Assembly: GCA_050253075.1 (NCBI GenBank) | Contig: JBFWJS010000001.1 | Coordinates: 660,675-724,674 of the forward strand | Direction: 5' to 3' | Length of the DNA stretch: 64,000 nt | Source of the DNA: Deferribacterales bacterium | Lineage (GTDB): Bacteria > Chrysiogenota > Deferribacteres > Deferribacterales > Geovibrionaceae | In this document: positions 37,749 to 47,500 of the stretch, piece by piece | How the letters are laid out: each line of letters begins with the position of its first letter | How positions within the stretch are numbered: position 1 is the stretch's first letter | Notes under the pieces: model-generated | The model's input: the letters and a program-made list of their open reading frames with translations, nothing else | Database searches by the model: none | Told to the model about the DNA's origin: nothing | Position numbers and translations under genes: made by a program

Positions 37749-38942
37749 TTATTTAACTCGTCTTAATCCCTTCCCTGTTTTTCTAGCTGTGGTAATGCTG
37801 GTGGCTATCTTATTAGCAGCCTCGTGCAGCGGATCGTTTTGCACATGGGCATAGTAGTACTCAGTAGTTGTAATACGTTTGTGTCCCAATAGTTTTGAAA
37901 TGAACTCAATGTTGATACCTCCTGAGATAGCTGTTGAGGCAAAAGAGTGACGCAAGTCATGGATTCTTACATCTTCCAGTCCGGCTTCTTTGCGGATACG
38001 TTCCCAAATCTTTTGTAAACCTATTAGGCGGGAGTTTTCGAATTTACCGAAACAGACATACTCATTGACCTTATAAGCGTTCTCGAGCATATCCAAAACC
38101 TCGTGGGATACAGGCACATTCTTCTCGCCGGTTTTCGATTTTGGTATGTGGAGCAAATTAAGCTCATTCTTGATATTTTCCCACTTGAGGGTCAGTATTT
38201 CTTCTTTTCTGCACCCTGTGTACATTAAAAGCCTTAAAGCGAGTACCGCTGAGTAGTATTTTTCTTCATATTTCTCTAGAACATCTTCAAGCCTTTTGGT
38301 CTCATCAGGGGTGAGAAACCTCTGCACCGGAGTTTCTTTGTATTTCTGAGTGTGGACACATGGATTAGAATTTTGAGGTATGTATCTCCATTTCTCAGCC
38401 AGAGTAAACATCTTGCGAAGCAGTGCGTGTACTCTGTTTGCCTGGACAGGGGTTGACTTGCCGATTTTGTGATGAAGCTTTGCAGTGTCTTCAGGTGTAA
38501 TGCTTTTAAGAGGTTTTTTGCCAAACGCTGGCAGAATAAGTCTTTCCAGGTAGCTTTCATTGGTTTTCACGGTGCCGACACTGTTATTAGGTCTTGCATG
38601 GTGCTCCAGATATATTTCAGCAAACTCTGAGAACAACATCGCTTTGCGCTTTTCCTGCTTCTCTTTAAGAATGTCTGTTCCGCCCTGAGCCTCTGTGAGT
38701 TTAGTCCTGGCTTTTTTCCTTGCTTCATCGGCAGTGATATTGGAAGCTCTGAAAAGTGTCATAACCTTCTGTCGGCCTTCTTCATTTCTATACATGATTA
38801 CATATGATTTCGTAGGTTTACCTGTAACACGCAGGGCAAAGCCTTTTAGCTCAGTATCCCAAATGTAGTAATACCCGCTCCCTTGTGTCGCTGGTTTAGC
38901 ATTTCGTACGACAGCGTCAGTGAGCTTCTTCTTTGTGTTCAT
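37749..38942 (-). CDS. int: Tyrosine integrase with an N-terminal arm-binding domain
   Basis: WDTELKGFALRV; catalytic TGCR, KTG, HDLRH and LGH...Y; RBS GGAG before ATG 38942. Confidence 0.95.
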   Translation of the reverse strand: MNTKKKLTDAVVRNAKPATQGSGYYYIWDTELKGFALRVTGKPTKSYVIMYRNEEGRQKVMTLFRASNITADEARKKARTKLTEAQGGTDILKEKQEKRKAMLFSEFAEIYLEHHARPNNSVGTVKTNESYLERLILPAFGKKPLKSITPEDTAKLHHKIGKSTPVQANRVHALLRKMFTLAEKWRYIPQNSNPCVHTQKYKETPVQRFLTPDETKRLEDVLEKYEEKYYSAVLALRLLMYTGCRKEEILTLKWENIKNELNLLHIPKSKTGEKNVPVSHEVLDMLENAYKVNEYVCFGKFENSRLIGLQKIWERIRKEAGLEDVRIHDLRHSFASTAISGGINIEFISKLLGHKRITTTEYYYAHVQNDPLHEAANKIATSITTARKTGKGLRRVK

Positions 38943-38956
38943 CACGGTCTCCAAAA

Positions 38957-39022
38957 ATGTAAGCACTATGTTAGCAGTATTATCGGTAAAACACGGTAAA
39001 AGCTAGTAAGACTGAGTAAGTC
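38957..39022 (+). promoter_or_regulatory. Putative arm-type sites and phased accessory-factor repeats
   Basis: ATGTAAGCACT-ATGTTAGCAGT, then four 10-bp units with a GTAA core (38983-39022). Confidence 0.65.
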
Positions 39023-39091
39023 TTATTTATAAATAATCATAAATCAAAATAGTTTATATGGCAAGTGTGAAATTGCGAAAAGTGCTACTCG

Positions 39092-39140
39092 TTGACTGTT
39101 AATCAATAGGTTACTGGTTCAAGTCCAGTTCGGGGAGTTT
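39092..39140 (+). repeat. att site (displaced 3' half of tRNA-Asn)
   Basis: Direct repeat of 13499-13547 with mismatches at 39113 and 39129. Confidence 0.95.
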
Positions 39141-39141
39141 C

Positions 39142-39171
39142 AAAAGGCCTTACTTCGGTGAGGCCTTTTTT
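39142..39171 (+). terminator. Probable original tRNA terminator
   Basis: AAAAGGCCTTAC-TTCG-GTGAGGCCTTTTTT. Confidence 0.85.
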
Positions 39172-39302
39172 CGTTTAAAACCTTTCTTTTGTTCTTTCGG
39201 CCTCTTGTGGGCTGTCATATTTTTATATTTATTAGCTATTAGGATAGATTTTTTTATCATCTGATGTGTAAAATGTAATATAACCAAACAGCGGAGCCTA
39301 TA

Positions 39303-41225
39303 TTGAAGAAAATCAAGCTTGGCGCACTGATTTATAAAAATTTTATGACTGCAGCCCTGATCCCGATCCTGTTCATAGAGATCGCTCTTATCATAATGTA
39401 TTTTTCCATCAATAATTATATCAGCGACAAGGTTTCCCGTACTTTTGTCAGCCAGTCTCAGCATTCGATAATCAACCTTGTCTCCAAAGAGGCCGAGATA
39501 ATAAATAACCACTTTCTTGAGGTGGAGCGGGCTGTTCTTTCCCTTCAGGATGAGCATCAGGCATTTTTCAATAAGCTGGACAGTATGCCGGTCACCGGCG
39601 GGTATGGAATATTCAAGACCCACACGAACGGCGTTTTTTACAAAGCTGTGGATAACGGCGGCAGTGCTCTGTATTATTCATCGGATACCCCCATGGGTGA
39701 AAAGGAAAAGAGAAAAGCGCTCCTTACCGAACAGCTCGATGAATCTTTCAAGTATCTGGTGAATCATAATCCCCTGATAGCGCAGGTATATATAAACACA
39801 TTCGACAATATGAACAGGATATATCCTTTCATTAAGGACATCCCGAACCAGTACGGGCCAGACCTTAAGATGGAGGACTATAACTTCTATTACGAAGCTG
39901 ACCTTATGCATAACCCTCTGAAAAAACCTGTGTGGACAAGCGCATACCTCGACCCTGCGGGGATGGGATGGCTTATCTCTTGTATTGTGCCTATATATAA
40001 AGGCGGATTCCTCGAGGGCGTGACGGGGATGGATATCACCGTGGCGAAGCTGATAGACCACATTCTTAATCTGAATCTGCCGAATGAGTCCAAGGCATTT
40101 ATGGTGGATGAAAACGGAATGATACTCGCCATGGGGGCTGATATCGAAAAACTGCTCGATCTGCACGAGCTGAAAGAGCACGCATACGACAAAACAATTG
40201 ATATGACAATATATAAGCCTGAAAAGTATAACCTTTATCAGCATCCGAACCCTGAGACCAGAAAGACACTGACAAGTATATTCGGAGCTAATGTTGAATA
40301 CTCTGAGACAAGCATAAAAGGGCACGAATACTTCGTGGTGAACAGGATGATCCCGCAGACGGGCTGGCATCTTTTTGTGGTGACAGACATGGATCAGCTC
40401 GTGGAACCTATCATAGACCTTAAGAAAATGTCTTTTAAGATAGGTATGATAGCAGTTATGGCTATGTTCGGCTTTTACCTCTGCTTCTTCTTCTACTTTA
40501 AGCGTCGCTCCACGAAGCTGTCTGAGATGATCAGTGCACCGATAGTAAGTCTTTCGGAAGATACTAAATATGTAGGTACCGAGTTTTTTGCGTATGATTA
40601 TGACGATTCGGAGATAATAGAGATACAGCAGCTCAACGAAAATTTCGAAGAGATGACAAATCAACTTGAAAAGCGCACAAAGGAGCTTGTGCGTGCTGAG
40701 GTGGAGAAGCTGGAAAGCGAGCAGGAGGCTGAGAAGCTCTTGCTGATATCCATCACTGATCCGCTGACAAAGTTGTATAACAGGCTTAAAGTTGACGAGA
40801 TACTAGACTATGAAGTAGAGCAGGCGAACAGATACGGGAAGAAGCTCTCTGTCGTGATGGGCGACATCGACCACTTTAAACGTGTGAACGACATATTTGG
40901 CCATCAGAAGGGGGACGACGTGCTGAAAGCCTTTGCGGGCATCCTCGCTGAAAATACCAGAAGCAGCGACACCGTTGCCAGGTGGGGCGGGGAGGAATTC
41001 CTTATAGTGTTTACAAACACGGCCGCAGAGGAAGCGTTCGGCATAGCGGAGAAGCTCCGTGTGCTGATCTCGGAGTATGACTTCGGCGTGAATGACAAGA
41101 TGACCGCCAGCTTCGGCGTTGCACAGTTTAAAGACGGCGAGACAAAGGAGTCTCTGATACATCGTGCAGACGAGGCTCTGTATGAGGCAAAGAGGCTCTC
41201 TAGAAATCTTGTTGTTAAAAAATAA
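39303..41225 (+). CDS. Membrane diguanylate cyclase with a Cache-type sensor
   Basis: Two TMs, WTSAYLD, DPLT.LYNR, DIDHFKRVND, RSSD I-site and GGEEF. Confidence 0.92.
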   Translation: MKKIKLGALIYKNFMTAALIPILFIEIALIIMYFSINNYISDKVSRTFVSQSQHSIINLVSKEAEIINNHFLEVERAVLSLQDEHQAFFNKLDSMPVTGGYGIFKTHTNGVFYKAVDNGGSALYYSSDTPMGEKEKRKALLTEQLDESFKYLVNHNPLIAQVYINTFDNMNRIYPFIKDIPNQYGPDLKMEDYNFYYEADLMHNPLKKPVWTSAYLDPAGMGWLISCIVPIYKGGFLEGVTGMDITVAKLIDHILNLNLPNESKAFMVDENGMILAMGADIEKLLDLHELKEHAYDKTIDMTIYKPEKYNLYQHPNPETRKTLTSIFGANVEYSETSIKGHEYFVVNRMIPQTGWHLFVVTDMDQLVEPIIDLKKMSFKIGMIAVMAMFGFYLCFFFYFKRRSTKLSEMISAPIVSLSEDTKYVGTEFFAYDYDDSEIIEIQQLNENFEEMTNQLEKRTKELVRAEVEKLESEQEAEKLLLISITDPLTKLYNRLKVDEILDYEVEQANRYGKKLSVVMGDIDHFKRVNDIFGHQKGDDVLKAFAGILAENTRSSDTVARWGGEEFLIVFTNTAAEEAFGIAEKLRVLISEYDFGVNDKMTASFGVAQFKDGETKESLIHRADEALYEAKRLSRNLVVKK

Positions 41226-41347
41226 ACTATAGTTTTACTAATAATCTAAGCATATTTCTATTTATTATAGTGTTTTACGTGTAGATAATTTAATTTCTTG
41301 TGTTATATTATGTTTGTATATAAATGCGTTTTATAACGGAGGAAATT

Positions 41348-42124
41348 ATGTCTGAAAAAGTAATTCTCACTTCTGTGAAAGATCATATCGGGTATATCAC
41401 CCTTAACCGCCCCGAGGCATTCAACACATTTACCATAGAGTACGCTGAGCTTCTGAATGATGCTTTGATGCGCTTTGATGTGGATAAGAATGTGCGGGTG
41501 GTTGTGATCAACGCAAACGGGAAGAACTTTTCCACGGGTATAGACCTCAAAGAATTCGACGATAAAAGCCACCATGATTTCAGGCATTTCATCGCTCTGA
41601 TGGATAAGCATAACCACACCATAGCAAAGATGAAAACACCGGTAATATCATCTGTGCAGGGCTATTGTCTCGCAAACGGCGCAGGCCTCAGCTTTGCCGC
41701 CGACCTTACCATCGCTGGCGAGAGCGCGAAATTCGGCACTACGGCCGTGAATGTCGGGCTTATATGCACGGGGCCGGGTGTGCCTCTCCTCGCCAACGTG
41801 GGCAGGAAAAAGGCTATGGAGATGGTCTTGCTGGGGGATATGCTGACAGCGGCGCAGGCTATGGAGCTCGGTCTTGTGAACTGGGTAGTGCCTGATGATG
41901 AGCTGGCTGCGAAAACAGACGAGATAGCCCGCAGACTGGCCGAGAAGAGCCCTCTCGCCATAGAGGCGGGGAAACGAGGCCTCAGTGCGGCATATGACGT
42001 CAGCTACAGCGCATCCATCGACTACGGCTCAGAGATGTTTGCCTCACTTTGCACCAGCGGAGATGCGAAAGAGGGCGTTAAGGCATTTCTGGAAAAGCGC
42101 AAGCCTGACTGGCAGCTTAAATGA
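41348..42124 (+). CDS. Enoyl-CoA hydratase/isomerase family protein
   Basis: ITLNRPE, FSTGIDL and DAKEGVKAFLEKRKP. Confidence 0.9.
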   Translation: MSEKVILTSVKDHIGYITLNRPEAFNTFTIEYAELLNDALMRFDVDKNVRVVVINANGKNFSTGIDLKEFDDKSHHDFRHFIALMDKHNHTIAKMKTPVISSVQGYCLANGAGLSFAADLTIAGESAKFGTTAVNVGLICTGPGVPLLANVGRKKAMEMVLLGDMLTAAQAMELGLVNWVVPDDELAAKTDEIARRLAEKSPLAIEAGKRGLSAAYDVSYSASIDYGSEMFASLCTSGDAKEGVKAFLEKRKPDWQLK

Positions 42125-42125
42125 T

Positions 42126-44105
42126 CTAGGAGCCCTTGATCATCCTTACGTCGTATTCCAGAATATGATTCAGCAGCCATGAGATAATATTCTTTTCTAT
42201 GAATGAGAATGAGTCCTCTGTAACACCGTAATTCTTCACGCTGGCGTAGATAGCACGGAAGTTCTGCCTGAATACGTTGTGAGAGTCCACATGCCCCTCT
42301 GTGAGGGGGTCGTCTGTGGCGAGGAGTATCATCTCTTCGGTGGTGAAGTGTTCCTCTATATAGCTTTCAAGGAAGCGGAGCAGATGGAGAACGTCCTCTT
42401 CGCCCTTGCCGGCCATGATAGATTTTATCAGCAGGTTTATCCTGTCGAGGAGTACCTTGTGCTGTTCGTCCACGACAGGTATGCCTACTTCAAGAGCCTC
42501 TGTCCATTCCACTTTCAGTTCTCTGCGGTTGTTTCCGAAAGATGAGTATTCTATGTCTCTGTAAAAGAGGTCATATGTGTCGTGTATCTTTTTAAACTGT
42601 TCGGCGCATGCATTTATGGCGTCTACAACTATGGGGTCAAAGTGTGTGCTGCGTCCTTCGTTTATGATGGTCATAGCCTTGTCATGGCTGAATGGCTTTT
42701 TGTAAACACGTTCAGAGCGGAGTGCGTCATATACGTCACATACGCTGAATATCCTTGCCTCGAGTGGTATCTCTTCCCCTTTTAGTCCATCCGGATATCC
42801 CGTGCCGTCCCATTTTTCATGATGATATACGGCTATGTTGTATCCGAGGTTGAAAAACATGTCGTTTACTTTATGCTTATTTACAAGGTCTTTAAGAACA
42901 CCTTTTGCATATATCGGGTGCTGTTTGATGACGTCGAATTCTTCGTCGGTTAGCTTGCCGGGTTTTTTCAGGATGCTGTCCGGCACTCCCACCTTGCCTA
43001 TGTCGTGAAGGACGGATGCAAAGCCTATGTTGTCGAGATAGTCTCTGTTTATCTGCGAGCGGAACTGCGGATACTGCCTCAGATAGTTAGAGAGCAGGGT
43101 TCCGTAGTGTCTTGTGCGTTCGAGGTGGTCGGCTGTCTCGTTATCTTTGAATTCTGCGAGGTTTGCAAGACATACAACTGTTGCCTTCTGGGTTTCCATA
43201 AGCTGTGCGATCTGATTGTTCCTCAGGTATATGAGCACCATGATGAGACCAAAGAAGCCAGTGAAGAATATCAGAGTGAAAAATGTGCTGTATACCAGAG
43301 TGTTCTTCACATCCAGCATATCTGAAAGAGATGCGAGGAAGTAGTTCCTGTTATTGCTTCTCAGCGGTACGTAGAATACGGACTGAGTATCGTTTATTCT
43401 TATGATATTAGTGCTTTCTGTGTCTTTCGGCAGCTTGAAATCCTGCGGAAAGTCCTTTGATGCAGGTATCCATTGTATCCCCTCGCCCTTCAGGAGGAGC
43501 GCATAGCTCGACGGAAGATATTTAAGGAGCAGCTCTGGCGAAAAGAAGAAGAGGAGGCATTTATCTTCGTGTCCGATGTTGTTTGGTAAAAATTTAACAA
43601 GGTACAGCATTTTCAGCTCTTTGCTGATCACTATATTGTTAGTCTCCTTATTTACAGGGACAAGGTTGAAGAGCTCCTCGCCGGATCTGCTGAGGAAATC
43701 AGAGTATTCTATCGGAGCATTTGGTGAATCTATCTTAAGATATTTGTTGTCGTTATCGTATAGTATCATCGTAAGGTAATGATGATCAAAGAGGAAATCG
43801 CTCACGAATGATTTGATAATGGCAGGGTCGGGCTTTTCAAAAAGGTCTTCGAGTTTCATGACATTGACCAGCCTGCGGAGCTCCAGCTCCACTTCGTCCA
43901 GTCTCTGTTCGAAGTTGCCTCTGGTGATATTCAGCTCAGTAGACTTGCTGTCGTATAGTTTTTGTTTTTCAGACTCATAAATCTGTCGTCCGGTCAGAAG
44001 TATAAGTATCACGAAAACGCCGAAAGTAACAGCTATGGCACTATAGAAGTACTTTGGGCTCTTAATAAAATTAGAAATAGACATAAACCACCCAATAAAA
44101 TACAA
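42126..44105 (-). CDS. Membrane HD-GYP phosphodiesterase with a C-terminal bacteriohemerythrin domain
   Basis: HDIGK and HHEKWDGTGYP; DEQHK, HFTTEE, HVDSH and WLLNHILEYD. Confidence 0.9.
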   Translation of the reverse strand: MYFIGWFMSISNFIKSPKYFYSAIAVTFGVFVILILLTGRQIYESEKQKLYDSKSTELNITRGNFEQRLDEVELELRRLVNVMKLEDLFEKPDPAIIKSFVSDFLFDHHYLTMILYDNDNKYLKIDSPNAPIEYSDFLSRSGEELFNLVPVNKETNNIVISKELKMLYLVKFLPNNIGHEDKCLLFFFSPELLLKYLPSSYALLLKGEGIQWIPASKDFPQDFKLPKDTESTNIIRINDTQSVFYVPLRSNNRNYFLASLSDMLDVKNTLVYSTFFTLIFFTGFFGLIMVLIYLRNNQIAQLMETQKATVVCLANLAEFKDNETADHLERTRHYGTLLSNYLRQYPQFRSQINRDYLDNIGFASVLHDIGKVGVPDSILKKPGKLTDEEFDVIKQHPIYAKGVLKDLVNKHKVNDMFFNLGYNIAVYHHEKWDGTGYPDGLKGEEIPLEARIFSVCDVYDALRSERVYKKPFSHDKAMTIINEGRSTHFDPIVVDAINACAEQFKKIHDTYDLFYRDIEYSSFGNNRRELKVEWTEALEVGIPVVDEQHKVLLDRINLLIKSIMAGKGEEDVLHLLRFLESYIEEHFTTEEMILLATDDPLTEGHVDSHNVFRQNFRAIYASVKNYGVTEDSFSFIEKNIISWLLNHILEYDVRMIKGS

Positions 44106-44394
44106 GTATAGCAGTTAAATTATAAATTACAAATAAATTATACTGGTTAATATTTAACATTAATAAAGACTTAATTTCCATATAATATACTTGTATAATT
44201 AAACTTTATTCAGTAATTTTTTGGTTGATCATGTGTCGATATGTGAAAATTCACATAGGATTTCTATGATGGGATACTATTTTCAGTTAATAAATAGAGA
44301 ACTTTATTAATCTGTTTTATGGTAATAATCACTGTTTTTTGTGATAGCTTTAATTTATCAAAATGCTATAATCGAGCAGAATATCTTGAGAGTA

Positions 44395-44757
44395 ATGATG
44401 GAACTGATTAACAAGAAAATATTAGTTGTAGAGGACGAAGAGATAGCCAGAGATGTTCTGGCGATGATACTTCGTAAGCACTTTACAGACGTTATAGTAG
44501 CAAAAGACGGTAAGCAGGGCTTGGCCTATGTTCAGGAGAATCAGCCTGACCTTATCGTTGCAGACCTTGCTATGCCTGTTCTTGACGGTTTTGTCATGAT
44601 AGATCAGCTCGAGCAGATGGCCTCTGAGATACCTGTGGTGATAGTCACCGCATACAGAGAGGAAGCTGCGAAATTCAGCAAATATCCCGTTCTTTTCAAG
44701 CCTGTCAACAGGGGCGTTGTGATCGATAAGATCAAGGATGTCCTAGGCGTTTCCTAG
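44395..44757 (+). CDS. Single-domain response regulator
   Basis: VVEDE, DLAMP, TA and KPV. Confidence 0.85.
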   Translation: MMELINKKILVVEDEEIARDVLAMILRKHFTDVIVAKDGKQGLAYVQENQPDLIVADLAMPVLDGFVMIDQLEQMASEIPVVIVTAYREEAAKFSKYPVLFKPVNRGVVIDKIKDVLGVS

Positions 44758-46760
44758 CCTTCCACTATTTTCAGCATACAGGCACAGTTTCCCTTTTCGT
44801 TATAGTACAGCCCGTCCAGCAGATTATCAGATATGAATATACCTCTGCCGTTATAGCTGTGTTTATCCACATGACACAGGTTTCCGTCGAAGGTGTGGTA
44901 TTTGAAAAGGTTCGCGGGTGAAAAGCCGCTCCCTTCGTCGGTAATGCTTATGAAGAGTGCGCCCGGGTTGCCGTCTTTCGGTCTCTGGAGGCTGTATTTG
45001 ATGTGTATTTTTTTCTGATAGTTTTCGGTATCGGGGGCGGAGTTTTCCCTTATGTAGTCGTCATATTCGCCGGAGCCTATCAGCATCTGCTTTTTATTAA
45101 AATCGATCTTCAGGTTTCCGTGTTCGAATGCATTCATAAGTATCTCGGAGATAGCATACTCGATGGAGCTGCAGTCGGCTTCAGACAGGCCGTCTTCGTG
45201 CATCTTTTCGCTGAGTTTCACACTTATCCTGAATATCTCTTCGAGAGAAGTGTTGATAGTGTATTCCTCAGTGACGTCACGGTCTTTTGTCACACGCTTT
45301 ATGAAGAAGAATGTAATGTCGTCGTCATTGCTTTTAATATTGTCAGAGACCATATTCAGCAGGTGTTTTTTCGTAAATGCCTTTCTCAGGTGTTCCTGCA
45401 CCATCTCTGAATATATGCCCCCCGTAAGGGTCTCAGACTCTACCAGTCCGTCGGAAAGTAGCAGTATCTTGTCCACATCGGTGAGGGGTATAACCTCTAG
45501 ATTTTTACTGGTGACACAGCGCATAACTGGCAGGTTGTTTGGTCTGTACATCACAGATTCGCCGTTTGTGTTTACTATATACACAGGCGGCAGGCCATAG
45601 TTTGCCACGGTGAGAGTCTCCGCCTCTGTGTCGAGCAGAGCGAAAGCACAGCAGAGCGCCTCTTCCTCCATCAATCTGTCTCTGATGTAGTATAGGAATG
45701 AAGTAAGCAGCTTCGGCATGTCGAAATCATCCTTAAGCAGAGAGAACTCCACAGAGTGATTTATGAAAGAAGTGGACTGTAGAGCAGTGACCGAAGCCGA
45801 AAGCCCCTTGCCCATGGCGTCTATTATATAGAAAAGGTATCTGCCGTCTTTCAGGTTGATACTGCCGTATGAATCTCCGCTGAGGATATCAAGCGGCTTG
45901 AAGTATGTCTCCACGGCAAAGTTTTTAGTTTTTATATTAGACATCTCATCTTTGAGGATGAGCATCTGTTTTTTGAAAGCGAGGTTCTGCTGGGCAGAGT
46001 GATATCTCTGCTGATACTTCAGCAGATCGAGCTCTTTCTGTCTGTTTTCCTGCTCTGAGGATATTTTGTTTAAAATGATTACAGCGCCTGTGAATCCTTC
46101 TTTTTCAATGACGGGTGAGCATGTGCCCGTGACGACTATATGGACTCCTAATGCTGTTTCCAGCTCGAATTCGTCGAATGCCAAGACATTCGTGCAGGTA
46201 ACGTCCATTTGGAAGGGGTGCTTATTGAAAACCTCATCAAGCTCAAGGTTGAGCAGGTCTCTGCGTTCGGCTTTAAGCAGTGCCAGAGCAGATTTATTAA
46301 CATAAGATATCGTCTTATCTTCGTTTAGAATGATCAGGCTGTCGTTTGTGTTGTCAGCCAGCTTGCGCAGTCGGCGCAGGGCTTTTGCCAGTACGGCAGA
46401 TTTGGTTTCAGAGAAAAGAACGTATTCAAAGAACCGGTACAATCCTCTTTTAAGGTTGTTGGAAGATATAAATGTGGTTACGCCGGTATGTATCAGTTTT
46501 GTTACATCTGTGGGACGGCCTTCTTTTACAAGTACTGCCGTGTGCATTTTTCTAAGTATGCCTGAATAGCTCTCTAAAAAGCTGTCGTCAGCATATGTGC
46601 AGCAGACAATGACAGAGTCGGGCCCCTGCTCCAGCTCTTTTTCAAATGCATCGATACTGTCGGTGAAGATGAACTTTATACTTTGGCTGTTGACCAGTCC
46701 GGTAATAATTTTTTGAGCATCCGCATTGCAGAGCATCAGAGCCGTCTTGTATGTTTTCAT
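44754..46760 (-). CDS. PAS + SpoIIE/PP2C phosphatase + anti-sigma-type HATPase fusion
   Basis: LSGDSY, DAMGKG, SDGLVE and DDIT; EILMNAFEHGN, DEGSGF and GRGI. Confidence 0.85.
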   Translation of the reverse strand: MKTYKTALMLCNADAQKIITGLVNSQSIKFIFTDSIDAFEKELEQGPDSVIVCCTYADDSFLESYSGILRKMHTAVLVKEGRPTDVTKLIHTGVTTFISSNNLKRGLYRFFEYVLFSETKSAVLAKALRRLRKLADNTNDSLIILNEDKTISYVNKSALALLKAERRDLLNLELDEVFNKHPFQMDVTCTNVLAFDEFELETALGVHIVVTGTCSPVIEKEGFTGAVIILNKISSEQENRQKELDLLKYQQRYHSAQQNLAFKKQMLILKDEMSNIKTKNFAVETYFKPLDILSGDSYGSINLKDGRYLFYIIDAMGKGLSASVTALQSTSFINHSVEFSLLKDDFDMPKLLTSFLYYIRDRLMEEEALCCAFALLDTEAETLTVANYGLPPVYIVNTNGESVMYRPNNLPVMRCVTSKNLEVIPLTDVDKILLLSDGLVESETLTGGIYSEMVQEHLRKAFTKKHLLNMVSDNIKSNDDDITFFFIKRVTKDRDVTEEYTINTSLEEIFRISVKLSEKMHEDGLSEADCSSIEYAISEILMNAFEHGNLKIDFNKKQMLIGSGEYDDYIRENSAPDTENYQKKIHIKYSLQRPKDGNPGALFISITDEGSGFSPANLFKYHTFDGNLCHVDKHSYNGRGIFISDNLLDGLYYNEKGNCACMLKIVEG

Positions 46761-46807
46761 GTGAATATAATAGGTTAAAATCCAAACAAAAACAATACGT
46801 GATAAAG

Positions 46808-47500
46808 CTACTTGCCCAGTGCGAAATCCACTGCTGCCTTAGAGTGGCACTCCACAGTGTCGAAGAGCGGCATAGGCGCCTCGTCGTCTTTTAATATCAT
46901 GCCTAGCTCCGTACAGCCGAGGATGGCGCATTCGGCACCCTGCTCGTACATATTATCCAGCATCATCAGCATCATATCTCTTGTGTCGTCCTTTACGATC
47001 CCCTTGCACAGCTCTGTGAAGATGGCGTTGTCGATGTATTTGATGTCGTCTTTATCCGGTGTGATGATCTCTATCCCTTTCGCCTCGAACTCCTTCTTCA
47101 TGAAGGTTTCCTCCATGGTGAAGCGTGTGCCGAGGAGTGCCGCTTTCTTATACCCTGCGGTATTTATCTCTGCGGATGTGGCGTCGGCTATGTGTATGAA
47201 AGGTATAGAGACGGATCTGCGTATGTCGGGTGCATTCATGTGCATGGTGTTGGTGCATAGGAGTACACAGCTCGCTCCGCTGCTCATCAGCTTTGTCGCC
47301 GCCCCTGTGAGCACTTTTGCGGTGAGGTCCCAGCGTTCCTTGCGCATGTTTTTTTCTATATCTTCAAAGTTTACGGAGTAGAGGAGCATCTGTGCAGAGT
47401 TCAGCCTGCCGAGTCTCCTGTTTATTTCTTCGTTTATCATTTTGTAATAGAGAGCCGTTGATTCCCAGCTCATTCCGCCTATCAGTCCTATAGTTTTCAT
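46808..47500 (-). CDS. Aspartate/glutamate racemase family protein
   Basis: IGLIGGMSWES, CTNTMH and LGCTE. Confidence 0.9.
   Translation of the reverse strand: MKTIGLIGGMSWESTALYYKMINEEINRRLGRLNSAQMLLYSVNFEDIEKNMRKERWDLTAKVLTGAATKLMSSGASCVLLCTNTMHMNAPDIRRSVSIPFIHIADATSAEINTAGYKKAALLGTRFTMEETFMKKEFEAKGIEIITPDKDDIKYIDNAIFTELCKGIVKDDTRDMMLMMLDNMYEQGAECAILGCTELGMILKDDEAPMPLFDTVECHSKAAVDFALGK

Larger units (their letters stand above)
13499..39140. mobile_element. Integrative genomic island in tRNA-Asn (unit length 25,593 bp)
   Basis: 49-bp direct repeats of the tRNA 3' half, tyrosine integrase at the right end, excisionase-like HTH at the left end, AT-rich hypothetical genes and pseudogenes. Confidence 0.95.

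Noticed and set aside
39092..39140. Second tRNA-Asn gene
   Set aside because: It lacks the 5' acceptor strand and D arm; it is the att repeat
13499..39140. Prophage or self-transmissible ICE
   Set aside because: No capsid, terminase, tail, relaxase, VirB4 or coupling-protein genes are recognisable
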